A DNA stretch of 61,319 nt, the filler included, from Hausera hauseri (taxonomy: Eukaryota), in the NCBI GenBank assembly GCA_046269625.1. It is 10 parts of 10 records of this genome, joined end to end, with 100 filler letters (N's around TTAATTAATTAA, not from the genome) between each part and the next. Parts side by side here need not be neighbours in the genome. Positions count along the whole stretch, not along the records: positions 34,533 to 40,360 come from JBJURY010182306.1; positions 40,461 to 47,022 come from JBJURY010086768.1; positions 47,123 to 51,208 come from JBJURY010770538.1; 7 more parts are not named here. One strand, written 5' to 3'. Positions 36,623-49,724 of this stretch are shown here, one piece after another. The notes under the pieces were generated by a model. The model ran no database searches, was not told the DNA's origin, and saw nothing but the letters and a program-made list of their open reading frames with translations. The translations under genes were made by a program, and so were the position numbers. Every line of letters starts with the position of its first letter. The stretch's first letter is position 1.

Positions 36623-39457
36623 TTAATTGCGTATTGTCGTACGTTCCGTTTGCGGAAGTACGGACGTTGGAGTAATGTACATTTCAGTTTTGAACGAGGT
36701 TGGGTCATATACTACGGTAGTGTGCATATTGAATGGATCAATCTTCTCGTAGTTTTCTCGAAGTTTGTCTACTTCTGACATGCTTGGTACATCTTGTTGG
36801 ATAGGATCTTCCATATCGGAATCATGATAGCCGAATGCGGGTTTTGCATTTGATAAGTGGACTATATGTTCATCGTTGTCGTGCAATATTTTGGCGTTGT
36901 GCTCAGTCATTTCTGAAATTGTAGCGACCTGTATAATACGTTTCAAAACCGTGTCTATGTTGGCCTTTGAGCCAGACAAAGGACGCATCTTGTATATTCT
37001 TGGGCATGATTGGTTTTTTGTGATTGTTGTGGAATGCAGGGTTCGTGTCTATTGACAGGAAATGCTTCCGAGCTTGGTTGCGAGCAGGAATTGAAGATAC
37101 TTCTACGTTGCTCACCATATCTTGCGGGAATGTGAGGTGGGCACCAAATAATATTTGTGCCGGAGAGGCATCAGTGCTAGTGTTCGGAGTGTTTCTCCAC
37201 CCTAATAGCACAATGGGTAATGCATCCAGCCACTTCTTGTTATCGTGGCATAGGATTCGTAAGGATAATTTGAGTGTACGATAAAATCGTTCAATCAAAC
37301 CATTCGCCTGTGGATGATAAAGCGATATATGTATATCCTTTGAACCAAGCGATTTGGTTAATTGGTTAAACTTGGCTGATTCGAATTGGATACCTTGATC
37401 TGTTATAATGTTTAGGCAATCCAAACCGAGAAATCCATGTATTTAGCAATACATCTACGACGCTTTGCGTTGTTATTTGGCGGATTGGAATGGCTTCGGG
37501 CCATCTTGTTTTTCGGTCGAGAATGGTTAAGATGTACTGATATCCGTTACATTCGGGAAGTGGTCCTACTATGTCCATGTGGATGATTTCAAGCCGTGAG
37601 CCAGTAGGATAGTGTAGGATTGGTGGTTGTATAGTCTTTTTGACTTTATACTGTTGGCAAAGTGAACATTCTTTTATCCACCGCTTTATGTCGCTTAGCA
37701 TGCGAGGCTAACAAACTCTACTGCTTAATAGGCGAGCTGTGGCTTTTGATCCAGGGTGATGGATGTTGTGAATAGTGTCAAATGCCTGTTTCCGTAGGTT
37801 TGCTGCCAAAATTTGGCGTGGACAACCACTGAGGATGGTATTGTAATGTATTCCATCCTTTGTGTCGACTGTTTTGAAGAACATAACATCGTCTTCATAT
37901 GGAGGGTTCGATCGCGGAACCTCTTCCGTAAAAATGAAGTCAAAGGATATTGTCGATATCCCAGTTCTGCAAAAGAAATCAGAAACTGTGTTATCTTTTC
38001 CAGTTATGTGTTCTATCTGGAATGAGAATTTCGACAGAAATGAGATGTGTCGCTCTTGACGAGGCGATTACCTTTTCATACTTATCATGTGAATGAGTGG
38101 TTTGTGATCCGTGCGGATTGTGAAAACGTTTCCTTCGAGGAAATGTCTGAAGTGTTTGACACCGAGAATAATTGCTGGTAATTCTCGGTCGAAAGTTGAA
38201 TAGCGCTGCTCGGCCGAATTGAATTTGTGCGAAAAGAATTCAATGGGAGCATTTTTGCCATCTATTGACTGGGCAAGCATGGCACCTGCAGCGATGGTGG
38301 ATGTATCTGTTGTTAAGATGAACGATGCATCTCGTTTAGGATAGTGTAGTGTAGGTATGTGAAGAAACGCCCTTTTTACATTGGCAAATGCCTGTTCAGC
38401 TTCATCCGTCCAGTTTACCTGGGATTTCTTGGGTACTTGGCTTAGAGCAGATAGAGGTGACAGGATTTCCGAGCAGTGCGGAATATAGCGATGGCAGAAA
38501 TTTATCGTTCCAAGGAAGCTGCGAAGTCCAGTCACTGTGGATAGCTTCGGTATTTGTTTGATGGTCTCTAGTCGCTCAGGAAGAGGACTGTGGCCATGTG
38601 GTGTTAACCGAAGTCCGAGAAATACGGCTTCAGTTTTAAAGAATGAATATTTGTTTATGTTGAACTGTAGGTTGTTTTCATTCAACCTATGAAACACATG
38701 TTCGAGGTGTGTTTTGTGAGTCGCTTCATTGGGTAATGCAATCAATATATCATCTATATATGGGATTACATAAAGCATGTCGATGAGGACTTGGTCTATA
38801 TGGCATTGGAATGTTTGATTTGCATTCCGTAAGCCAAAAGGCATGCGTATGTACTCGAACAAACCAAAAGGCGTTATTACGGTCGTTTTTGGATTGTCTT
38901 TGGTAGCCACTGGAATCTGGCGATGCAATATGTCGGTTACCAACGGTGTTGGGTATGAATCGTGGACGATGACGTTATTTAACATTCTGTAGTCACAACA
39001 AGGCCGGTATGAACCGTCCTTTTGAGAACCATGTTCAATGGTGATGCCCACGGTGATGTAGAGCGGCGTCTTATGCCAGCTTCAAGGTGTCGGAATTCGG
39101 CTTCCGCGGCTACTTTCTTGACAGGGTCAAGCTCCTTCCGGGGTTGCCGAATCGGTCGATCACATGATGTAACGAAAGTGTGATGTTTTCACCTCTTTCT
39201 GTGTTGGTTGTGTTGAGCGTTTCAACAAGTTAGAGTATTGCGCTTGCAGCAATGGTGCGATATCAATGGGATTTGCGATTTTTATGCCCGTGACCGCGTT
39301 TATGGTTAGTGTGAATGCGGGTGAAGGTAATGGATTGCTTCCGCTGATGAGTTGTTGATTTCAGCAATCAACTGTGAGATCTTAGTGATCTAGGAAGTCA
39401 GAACCGAGGATTGGTTGCATGACATCGGTCAATATGAATGACCAAGCGTATGGTCGG
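36623..39457 (-). mobile_element. pol: Decayed CsRn1-like Ty3/gypsy pol (protease end, RT, RNase H, integrase)
   Basis: PILGSDFL, YRPCCDYR, ITPFGLFEY.RMPFGLRNA, YIDDILI, LTTDTS, YSTFDREL, TDHKPL, HMDIVGPLP, RWPEAIP, TDQGIQFES and YHPQANGLIER. Confidence 0.92.
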
Positions 39458-39565
39458 TGTGGTGCTCGCAGCGGCCGGCGCCCTCTGGCTCATTTAGTTA
39501 GACACGGCCGAGCGTCCATCGCCGCCGCGTCGGGCCCATAGGAGGGCCCCCGATCTTCCTCCACT
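39458..39565 (+). repeat. LTR 5'-end fragment homologous to 11893-11795, opposite in orientation to the pol it abuts
   Basis: TGTGGTGctcgcagcggccggcgccctctggctcatttagttagacacggccgagcgtccatcgccgccgcgtcgggc aligns by eye with the contig 2 LTR start. Confidence 0.8.
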
Positions 39566-40360
39566 TAACAAAACGAAACGGCAGGAAAAAGAACGAGCTT
39601 TAATGATTGAATTAATGGGATCAGATTATTCGACACAACAATCTGTTCATGGTCGACCGTATCAGAACGGATATTTTAAAAATCGAACAATAAACATGCC
39701 ATGGGAGAATGATCTTAGTCAAGCAAAAAATAATAATTTTATCCCCTCAGACTATAATCAACACATGTGTTGATCAGATAGTTTCCACATTTCTGAAGAC
39801 TGAATAAATCAAATTATGAACTTAGTCTCACTTCACATTTATACAGAGTAAACTAAATTTTCTCCGGATCTGAGTCAAGCTTTTCTATCTGTACAAAGCT
39901 GTTATTTTTTGTCTTATTATTTTCTTGACACAGTATGGATAGAATTCAAATGTGACTACAGCATGGTCGACTGAACAGAACTGATATTTGCTATTGACGT
40001 AGGTTCTCATTATGACACTGATTCAACAAATTATGGAGACTGGCTCTCCGGGGGACGCATTCTTCACAATCGATTTTTCAGTCGATTACCAATGAAGACG
40101 ACGGGAACACGTCAGTCTCTGGAATAAGTGAATATCTCCGTCCTTCTATTTTACACTCTCTCCAGTTTGGATCGTTTGACGAAATTCAGGAAGTAGATTA
40201 CCAGTATGCAAAAATTAAAAAATTACCGAATGGCAATCGAAAAACAGTTTACATCACTTTAGAAGGGAACAACTGCTTTGGCAAAACAGCAAATTAGAAG
40301 TTAAGTCCGCTATGCAAAATTCTCCTATTTTTCAAAACGATCGCACGGTGGTTCAAAAAA

Positions 40361-40460
40361 NNNNNNNNNNNNNNNNNNNNNNNNNNNNNNNNNNNNNNNN
40401 NNNNTTAATTAATTAANNNNNNNNNNNNNNNNNNNNNNNNNNNNNNNNNNNNNNNNNNNN
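40361..40460. other. Artificial contig linker
   Basis: N44-TTAATTAATTAA-N44. Confidence 0.99.
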
Positions 40461-40650
40461 GCGGAATCTAGCTTTTAAAAAAAAATATTTTTTTTTATTT
40501 TTTATTAGACAAACATTTGATAATCATACAAAAATATAATGCAGAACAGAGACAATTACAAAAGTAAAACAGAAAAATAAAACAAAAGGCAACAGTTGAA
40601 CAACGATATATATAACCATACAATAAACAATATCATACATAAGGGTCAGA

Positions 40651-43600
40651 TTATGAGACATAGAATTTTGTAAAAATTGTTCTTGTTTTTCTAAGCTTTT
40701 GATTATTTAAAGAAAGCTTTTCAATAGATGCAATGTACGCTTTTAAGTCAGATTCTCTAAAATTATTCCATGAAGGGCTTCTTTCACTCCATTTCATCTT
40801 GTGGATATAATATTTAGCTAAAATTACAATGAGATTAACTAAGTAAATCTCTTCTGAAGAGAAGGTAGAATTGTTGAAAATGAGCAAAATTTGTAAATTA
40901 GACAAAACAATATTTTTTCTAACTTTTGTTGTCAGAAAACATTGTACATCTGACCAAAATACTACAACATGAGGACATTCTACAAACAAGTGTTCAATAC
41001 TTTCACCTTCATTCTGACAAAAAGAGCAGTTGTTACTAACACCAGGAAAGAATCGACAAATATTATCTTTAACTGGGTAATATCTGTGTACAACTTTGAA
41101 TAAGAATTCTTTGATCCTATTGTTGAGTATATATTTATGAGGTAACAAAAAAATTCCATCCCACATTTTTTTGCTTAAATTATCCCATCTATATTTACAT
41201 ATGGGGACAGATAAAGTCTCTAAATGATTTCTGATAAACCCATTTGTAAATTTCTTATGCATTATACTAGTTCCTTCAATTGAAATTGAATCAAGTAAGT
41301 ACAACTCATCAAGATGTATATTTTGCGCTAAAGACTGTAAGCTTATCGGAATAGACTTTATGACCAAATCAAATTCAATCAGAGGAATATCTATATTATT
41401 GTGACTTAAAAACCGTTCATAGTTATACCATTCACTATTACTGTCGAGTAATTGGTTTACCAAATTAATATTGTTTTCAACCCAATTATGTAAATATAAT
41501 GATTTGTTTTTATGCAGTATATAAGTATTGTTCCAAATGATGCAATTATGTGGAGAAAAGTTGTGTTTGTACAAGAGAGCCCAACAGAGAAGAACCTGCT
41601 GATGAAATTTAGCTAATTTTACTGGAAGTTTTCCAACTGCAAAAGGACAACGTAATAAAAAATTTAATCCTCCTAATTTATTAAATAAATAATTTGGGAA
41701 AATATTCCACATAGAATTTTGATTTTTTAGAAATCTTTTAATCCAATTAATTTTTATAATCTGATTAAAGATAGAAAAAGTTAGTACATTTAGACCTCCT
41801 TCAGCTAATGGATTTGAAAGAATAGATTTTTTAAGTTTATGTGCCTTATTTTTCCATACAAAGTTGAACAAAATCTTATCAAGGTCAGAACATAGAGTTT
41901 TACTGACCTCTAGAGAAGAAAAGACATATGACGCTCTAGACATTCCTTCAGCTTTGCTTAATAACACTCTACCATAAATGGTTAAATCCCTAGCTAACCA
42001 ACTATTGAATTTTTTTTAATGGCTTCATGAACAGATGTAAAATTATTGCCCATATTAGAGTGTTCTTTAGAAATAATAATTCCAAGATATTTAACAGTAT
42101 CTCTTAAAGGGATATTGCAAATTTCAGTATTATCAGTTGTAAATAGGGGCAAAATTTCACATTTTTTAAAATTCAGTTTCAATCCTGAAATGTTAGAGAA
42201 TTTAGATATAACAGATAAGGCTACAGGAACTTCACCAGAATTTTTTAAAAATAATGTTGTATCGTCAGCAAGTTGTGAAATTTTAAGTTCTTGATCAAAT
42301 ATTTTAATTCCTTCAAAAGAGCTTTGTCTAATTAAATAATTTAAAATTTGACCTACAAGCAGAAATATGTACGGTGAGGCCGGACAGCCCTGACGAACCC
42401 CTTTACTAATATTAAACCGACCAGATGTACCATATAAAAGTTTTACAGAGCTATTATTATCTCTATAAATTGTTTTAAAGGCTTTAATGAAAAAGTTACC
42501 AAAGTTGAAAAACGACAATGTATCAAAAATAAAATTATGGCTAACAGTATCAAAAGCCTTTTGATAATCTAAAAAGAGAATGATTGGTTTACCAGGTATG
42601 AGATCTCTATAATCAACCAAATCTAGAACTAATCTAATATTATCAGAGATGTTGCGTCCAGGCATAAAACCATTTTGAGATTCATGAATTATATCATTTA
42701 AACCATTTTTTAATCTCTTAGCTAAAATAGAAGCCAAAATTTTGTAATCATTATTTAATAATGTGATGCCACGCCAATTATCTATAATTAAAAGATCCTT
42801 ATGTGGTTTGGGAATTAAAGTAATAAGACCCTGTTTCATTGAGGGGGGTAACTCTTCATTATTAATAGATTCAATATAAACTGCAAGAAGGAATTCTGAT
42901 ATTTCTGATGAAAATTTATGGTAAAATTCTGAGGTTAAGCCATCATTTCCTGGTGATTTGTTAAATTTTAAGTTTTTAATGCCCCATTTTATTTCCTCAA
43001 TAGAAAATATTTCATCACAATCTTCTCTTAGAGCATCGTTAGCTTTGTTCACATCTTTTAATGAATTTAAAATATCTGAGCTATCTGTACAATTGTCCTT
43101 TTTATAAAGATCCCTATAAAAATTTGACACATAATTTGAAATTAAAGAGTAATTTTCTGTTATGGAACCATTAATGTTTAGTTTAGTTAAGGATTTCTTT
43201 TCCATATTTCTTTTTTCCATGTTAAAAAAATATTTGCTATTTTTTTCACCTTCCTCAATCCATTTTAATCTAGACCGAATAAAAGCGCCACAGGCTCTTT
43301 CTTTATATATTTCATCTAAATCTTCTTGATATTTATGTAGCTGAACTAATAAATCTTCATCATCTGACATAATGGAAGTGAGATCTGAAATAGATTTAAT
43401 TAATTGCTTTAATTTTTCTTTTTTTAAATAGTTAATTGTTTTGCTAAATTGAATTACAACTTTTCTAATTTCATATTTAAGCAATTCCCAATATTTTCCA
43501 AACTGATTGTTAGTTAGAGCTAATGTCCAGTATTTTTTGATTAGGTATTGGATGAGTGAAGTAAGTTCTATATTATTTAATAACGAACTGTTTAGTTTCC

Positions 43601-44350
43601 AAAGGTTAAAACTTCTTCTTTCTTCATTGGAAAACTGAAGTTTTAAACAAATAGATTTATGATCAGTTAGAACAGCAGGACAAATTTTAACCTCTGATAC
43701 TTGTCTCTCCATTTCCTCGGAGATCAGCCAAAAGTCAATTCTAGACTGAGCTGAAAAAGTTCTGTTACTCCAAGAGTATTGTCTGTCAGAAGGATGACGA
43801 TGTCTCCATATATCTAATAGATTCCAGCGAATAGAGAAGTCCGTGAGATGGTTCTGTCCATTTCTTATTCTTGAGGGATGTCTATCCAGTTGAGTGGACC
43901 AAACCATATTAAAATCTCTGCCTAAAATAATCTTTGCTGAAGGAAATTTAGTACAAAGAAAAGTCATATTGTCCTCTAGCTCCTTCAAAAAACACATATT
44001 CAAAGAATCTGAATTATAACCATAAACATTGCCCAGTAAAAATGTATAAGAATTCAATTCAACCACTAATAAAATCCAGTGGCCCTTTTTATCAGATGTG
44101 ACATCTAAAACTTTACCTTTAAAGTTATGTTTTAATATTGCTACACCTGCTGACTTATTTGAGCCATGTGATAGCCATATATTTTTGCCCCATTGATTTA
44201 ACCAAAAAGATTCATCTTCCAAACATGAATGACATTCCTGAAAAAAAATAAAATCAGTTTTTGACTCTTTAGCGAAAATAAAAAAAGCTTTTCTTTTTAT
44301 ATTACGCAGACCCCTTGTATTAACAGATAGAAAAGATAACTCCAGAATAC
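40651..44350 (-). pseudogene. LINE ORF2p (APE endonuclease, RT, zinc finger) with one frameshift
   Basis: NTRGL, FFQECH, GRDFN, SRIDFWL, TDH, KSPGNDGL, FLDYQKAFD, GVRQGCP, QLADD, KAEGMSR and CSFC..E..EHLFVEC. Frame break in the T-run near 42010-42018; no clear ATG. Confidence 0.93.
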
Positions 44351-44480
44351 CTTTTCTTTACGAACCTTAAAGAAAAGTGATTTTATAAAACGTCAACCAT
44401 TTAAAGTGACTCCTAGCACAAAATTTGAAGCCATTAACAAAACCATGTTAAGGGTAGAGGATATTGTTAACTGAGAGATG

Positions 44481-45302
44481 TCATTGATCAGATGCACATC
44501 GAATCTCCCTTCCATCCACATAAGCTTTGCGTCCCACGAAGTAGGCCCTCTTTCCAATTTTGCGCGCCTGTTCAATGACAGGCCACAAAGCAGATCTGGC
44601 ATCCTTGTCTTCCTTAGACAAATCTTCACCAAAACGAAGTTTGTTCTCTCGCAGGTAGCTGTTATCTTTAGCACTCCTCCAGATGATATCCCTCACAGAA
44701 CGGTAAGCAAATAGGATGATGACCACTCTGGTTTTTCCATCAATTCGCTTCCCCAGACGATGGACTATGTCGATACCTTCATTAGCTTTAGGTCCTAGAT
44801 CAGGTGCAATTTTGTGACAGATATCTATAATCTTCTCCTTCACATTTTCATTTTCTTTTTCAGACAATCCATACAGACGTAGGCACCATCTCCGCTTGTA
44901 ACGCTCTGCATCTGCAACACGCTCCTTCAACTCTTCCATTTGTGCTTCTATCTTCTCATTTTTGTATTTCAGCATGCAGTTTTCCTTTTTTAGCTCTTCA
45001 ATTTCACCATACATGAATTCAATAGATGTTTTAATATCTTTAATGTCAGCCTTTACCTCCTCTGCCTGGTCATTGATTGCTTTCAGTATGGAGTGTAGTG
45101 AAGGTTGGGCCTCACTTCCGCAGGATTTTTTCGGAGCTGGGCTGTTGCTCGGAGAGTCCGGGAGTGGCGAGAAATCAGGATCAGAGTCCAACATTGAAAC
45201 ACCTTTTCCATCAGAATAGTTGTGGTCAAATATCTTGTTCACTGTTGTGACTGGTGTTCTGTTCTTTCGTTTGTTTTCTTCCTTTTTTCCGTGATCACCC
45301 AT
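44481..45302 (-). CDS. LINE ORF1p (coiled coil plus RRM/CTD, Transposase_22-like)
   Basis: 273-aa intact ORF: ERYKRRWCLRLYGLSE, IDIVHRLGK, RFGEDLS and RAYF. Confidence 0.9.
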   Translation of the reverse strand: MGDHGKKEENKRKNRTPVTTVNKIFDHNYSDGKGVSMLDSDPDFSPLPDSPSNSPAPKKSCGSEAQPSLHSILKAINDQAEEVKADIKDIKTSIEFMYGEIEELKKENCMLKYKNEKIEAQMEELKERVADAERYKRRWCLRLYGLSEKENENVKEKIIDICHKIAPDLGPKANEGIDIVHRLGKRIDGKTRVVIILFAYRSVRDIIWRSAKDNSYLRENKLRFGEDLSKEDKDARSALWPVIEQARKIGKRAYFVGRKAYVDGREIRCASDQ

Positions 45303-45787
45303 CTTTATTATCTGTCGAATGCTTCAGCTAGCTTACTTGGTATCGGAGTTCAGCTTACTTGCTAACAAAGTCTTACTTTATATATATAAAGGCATGTGGC
45401 TTTTACCTCGTTTTTGAATAGCACCAGGTATGATAGGATATTATATGAGCATTTCCGTCCACAATTGGCTTCTCAGAACTCGTTCAAAAAGGATTGGAGT
45501 CCACTTTAACCAGAGACGTCTTAAAAAGCGTCTGAACAAGCCGCCATCTTGCGCGCCCCCCGCCGTCAGCCATAAAATGAACACCATGTATGTTTGAACA
45601 TAGATCTGTGATTTATTCCAATGGACTATATGCCACGGGCAGTGGTGACGTACTTCTGTTAAAATTTAAGCCACGTCGATCACTTCCGGCTCCTACCTAC
45701 TGCTGTTGTTTTTAGCGTTAGCTCCTAGAACTAGACCATGTAAAAGACACAAAAGGTAAAACATCTGCGAGCTACTGGTACAACAAG

Positions 45788-46167
45788 TGAGTTTTGTTGT
45801 GTGCCGTTGTGTCCAGTGAATAGCAGGTACAGTAGAGCGCTTAGTTTTTTACATTTTACTGCCACGATTCGTGGCTAACCGCAGGGAAGACTTAGCCATT
45901 AAAGCTAACACTCGGGTTTGTAGCCAGTGTTTTAAACCTCAGGATATTCAAGAGCCAGCGTCAGAAACAAGAAGACAGTGGTTAAAAAGGAGCTGTACCT
46001 GCATTGTTCCAGTGGAATAAGTTCTCCTTCCACCTGCACGACCGGGGGTTTGGGAGAGAAGCAAAGAGGACAGCGAGGAGGAGAACACAGCAGCTGCAGC
46101 TCTCAGTAAGAAACACGATTATGTCTCGACTCCTGACCCTGCACTTGTAGATTTGGTGTTGGAGTAA
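45788..46167 (+). pseudogene. THAP zinc-finger remnant of a DNA transposon (Harbinger/Kolobok-type accessory gene)
   Basis: EFCCVPLCPVNSRYSRALSF...NTRVCSQCFKPQDI...LK.GAVPALF across frameshifts, followed by a KHDY motif. Confidence 0.7.
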
Positions 46168-47022
46168 TGAGTGATTTGATAGAAGTTTGTAACTACATAC
46201 TTTTAAAATAATATTCAGATTTTAACATATGTTTTCTAATCTGTAAAGATGTTTGTATACTCTTACTCAGTAACTTCAGTGCTGTTACACCTCTGAAATA
46301 TTCTCTGCAGTTTCCTTTAATGTGACACCAGAACTGTTTCACTTCAATTAAACATTTAATTTCCTGAGATGTAATTAATTTATTTTAAAGCATAACTCTC
46401 ATAAAGAGTTATCTTAAAAAAAAAAAAAAATAAATAAATATATATATATATATATACTAAATGTGTTATTTTCATTGTTAAATTATTATTTTTTTATTAC
46501 TATTATTTTAGATTTGCCTAAAAAATTAAGATTTATTAGAAAGAGGACCTGAATATCCTAGGATAATTAATCTGAACCAAAAATACATTCAGGTGGTTTT
46601 TCACCACTAATATCTTTCACACTTCTTATGGTTTTATCACGGCAACATTTCCATGCATTTTAATGCTTAATAACTCAGAACAATATCACTTATTAATGTT
46701 GTAACATTCGCCAAATGTACCCCACTTACACCAAAGAAAGAGGACTTGCATTAATGACTGTACATACATATAAGTGTAACATTGGTACAATTATACAAGC
46801 TGGTCTAGGGTTATTGGTGCAATAATGTAATAGAGATATCTAACGTGTTTTAGCTGAAAAGCAAACCAATTTATTGTTATTTCAAATACTCAGTTGTATG
46901 TTTTATTAACAGAAGCATTTGTTCACATGAACACTGAGCTTGAGAGCTTACCTTTAAAACTTTACAGTTTTTCCTCTGCAGTGTATTTTTAATTACAATT
47001 TTCATATAGTTAACCTCTTTCT

Positions 47023-47122
47023 NNNNNNNNNNNNNNNNNNNNNNNNNNNNNNNNNNNNNNNNNNNNTTAATTAATTAANNNNNNNNNNNNNNNNNNNNNN
47101 NNNNNNNNNNNNNNNNNNNNNN
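47023..47122. other. Artificial contig linker
   Basis: N44-TTAATTAATTAA-N44. Confidence 0.99.
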
Positions 47123-48215
47123 ACAATTATAAAGGAAAATTAGTCATAGTTGTCCCCCAAGAAGATATAAAACTTTTGTTAACTCATTACCACAACAGTA
47201 TGTTGGAAGGACACCAATCAGTAAAACGGGCCTTAGGAAGATTAAAACGGAAGTATTATTGACAAAATATGCTTAAAGATGTAGACGATTAATGCAAAAG
47301 TTGCTCTATATGTGCAAGAAGGAAAAATATCGGCTCAAAAATTAAAGTCCCTTTGAAACCATTAAAATGCCCATCAGCCCCAATGGAATTCTCGGCAATG
47401 GATATTCTGGGACCAGTGCCGATGACAACGAACGGATATAAGTGTATGCTAGTATTCGTCAATTTATTTTCTAGTTGGCAGGTTGCAATCCCAATTTCAG
47501 ATCAAAAGGCACAAACTATTGATCAGGCTTTCGTAGAAGAAATTATATTTAATTACGGGGCACCCGCAAAGTTACTAACGGATCAAGCTCCAAACTTCAC
47601 CGTAGAAGTAATAACGGATATATCAAAAATGTTCCAAATACTACATTTAAAAACAACCCCATATTATCCAAAAATTAATGGAACGGTAGAAAGATTCAAT
47701 GGAATTCTAAATAATATGTTGGGTACTACGGTTAACGAACGGCAGGTGATATGGATGAATACATCAAGCCTCGCTTGTTCGCCATCAGAAACACAATCCA
47801 TCCTATAACAAAAGAAATACCATTCTATTTGATGTATCTCAGAGAAGCTCACATGCCGGTCGATTTTGATTTTAAGATGTCCGTTTCCAATTTGAATGAT
47901 ATGGAATATAAAAAATTACTGGATGAAAAACTGGGATATGTATGGGATCTAGCATCACGACATATAAAAATTTGTCAGAAGGAATATAAAGCACAATATG
48001 ATGAAAAAGCAAAATCACACAACCTTAAGCCTGGAAATAAGATTATGTTACACACTCGTCTAAGTAAGAAAGGAAGGACTCTGAAATTGGACAGACCATG
48101 CAAAAATCCATAAACGCTCCAACAAATGGATGAAACTAACACCTATCTAATTAAGAAAAAGCGAAATAAAATGAATCCAATAAAAGTCCATGTGAAAAGA
48201 TGTAAACGCGCACCA
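47123..48215 (+). pseudogene. Ty3/gypsy integrase
   Basis: HHCC zinc finger, DDE core and C-terminal domain across ORFs 47353-47808, 47751-48113 and 48126 onward. Confidence 0.93.
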
Positions 48216-48239
48216 ACAGTGTCAAAGATAAGGAATGGC

Positions 48240-49437
48240 AACTCCAGATCATTATCCATAGCAACACTCTTAATGATAAGCTTGATAACATGTATATTAG
48301 TTGAATCTTTAGATGTAACGTATAAAGCTGTCCAGGTTGGAAGGTATTCTTGTATAAAAATTAAGGCTAATCGAAACTTAACAACAAACGAGTATATATA
48401 CATATTTATATAAAAAATACCTTTGATATATAAAGCAACACCTGAAATTGTGATCTATATTATAATCACTCAACTCATACCTATTGTGGACTTTCATTTA
48501 AAGTATCTTATAGAATCCAATACGCAACTGGGAGAAGAGGTCAGTGGTACAGATCATATTTTTCATATCCTGGTACGACTCACTACTTCTACGAACCATA
48601 CTTTCGTGTTTCATTTTAGACCAAAATTATGAAAAATGGACCATGTGTGACGGCGGAATTAGAAGCTGCAATAACAAAGTACCGATTTGTAGAATACTGC
48701 ATCGAAAACAAAACTGACATAAGTAAATGTACACCAAATTATCAAAACCCACATTTATTCTGCCCCTTTCCAATTGATAAATAATATCAAATATATTATT
48801 GGACCACAGTCGACGGTTACACATGGTCAAGGGTGTCAGATGGACCAGAAGTAATTTAAAGATCCCCACACTGACAACTGCCTCAAATAAAACGATAATT
48901 GCTACCACAAAATTACCAATAAAAATAGTGACTGAAGCCACGAAAAATTATAAAAGAATTATATGTTACGCCACATTCACTTACCATTACCGTATCGAAC
49001 TTGAAGAATACAAATATGAAATTTGAGTGTTTCCTCTATCATGGAATGGTTAGTGAGGAAGTATAACTCCAGATGAACCCACATCCGTATGCACATCCTT
49101 GAAAGACGATACAAATTAGAAAGTGATTATAACAGAATTGGATGAGGATGGACGAAATATACAAACAGTTTATCGCATGGAAAAAACTCTAAAGCGAATA
49201 ATTATGACACCTATGGAAGTCACAAAAATAGCAACTATACAAAACCACCACAAAAGTAAAGATAAATATTTTTGGATAATTATTGTACTGAGTATTTTTC
49301 TAGTATTACTAACCATAATTTTACCTTTAACAATCTACTATTCTAAAATAAGACGGCGACAACGTAGGATAAAAGAAATATTAAACCAGTTAAAACTTTT
49401 AAGAGAAGATTCCAAAGACAAATTACAGAGGACATAA
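48240..49437 (+). pseudogene. Post-integrase type I membrane protein-like ORF
   Basis: Signal-like SLSIATLLMISLITCILVES in frame with the integrase tail; Cys-containing segments; Thr-rich linker; strong TM YFWIIIVLSIFLVLLTIILPLTIYY followed by basic stop-transfer KIRRRQRR. Confidence 0.7.
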
Positions 49438-49724
49438 ACGCGCCTAGTAATAAGATCCAACAAATATTTAAACGGCAAAGTTGTCCGTTAATGGAGAAAC
49501 CACAAGCTAAAAAGTTGACCAATCCTAAATGGCAAAATTGTCCGTTGACTCTCCTCAACGATGAGAATTGATTAACTAAACGACAAGAATGTCGAACAAT
49601 AAATGCGGTCGTGTATTATTGTACTAAAATACAAGATAAAGCCGCTAAATTCTTCATCTCAACAAAACTACAAACTAAAGATTCGTCTGTCCCTATTCCT
49701 TTTTCTAAATCTTTTTGATTGATA

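Larger units (their letters stand above)
40477..45561 (-). mobile_element. Near full-length Tx1/L1-clade LINE (teleost-like)
   Basis: 5' end GGGGGGCGCGCAAGATGGCGG (YY1-like motif), ORF1, ORF2, T-rich 3' UTR and AATAAA/poly(A) at ~40505-40489. Confidence 0.93.
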
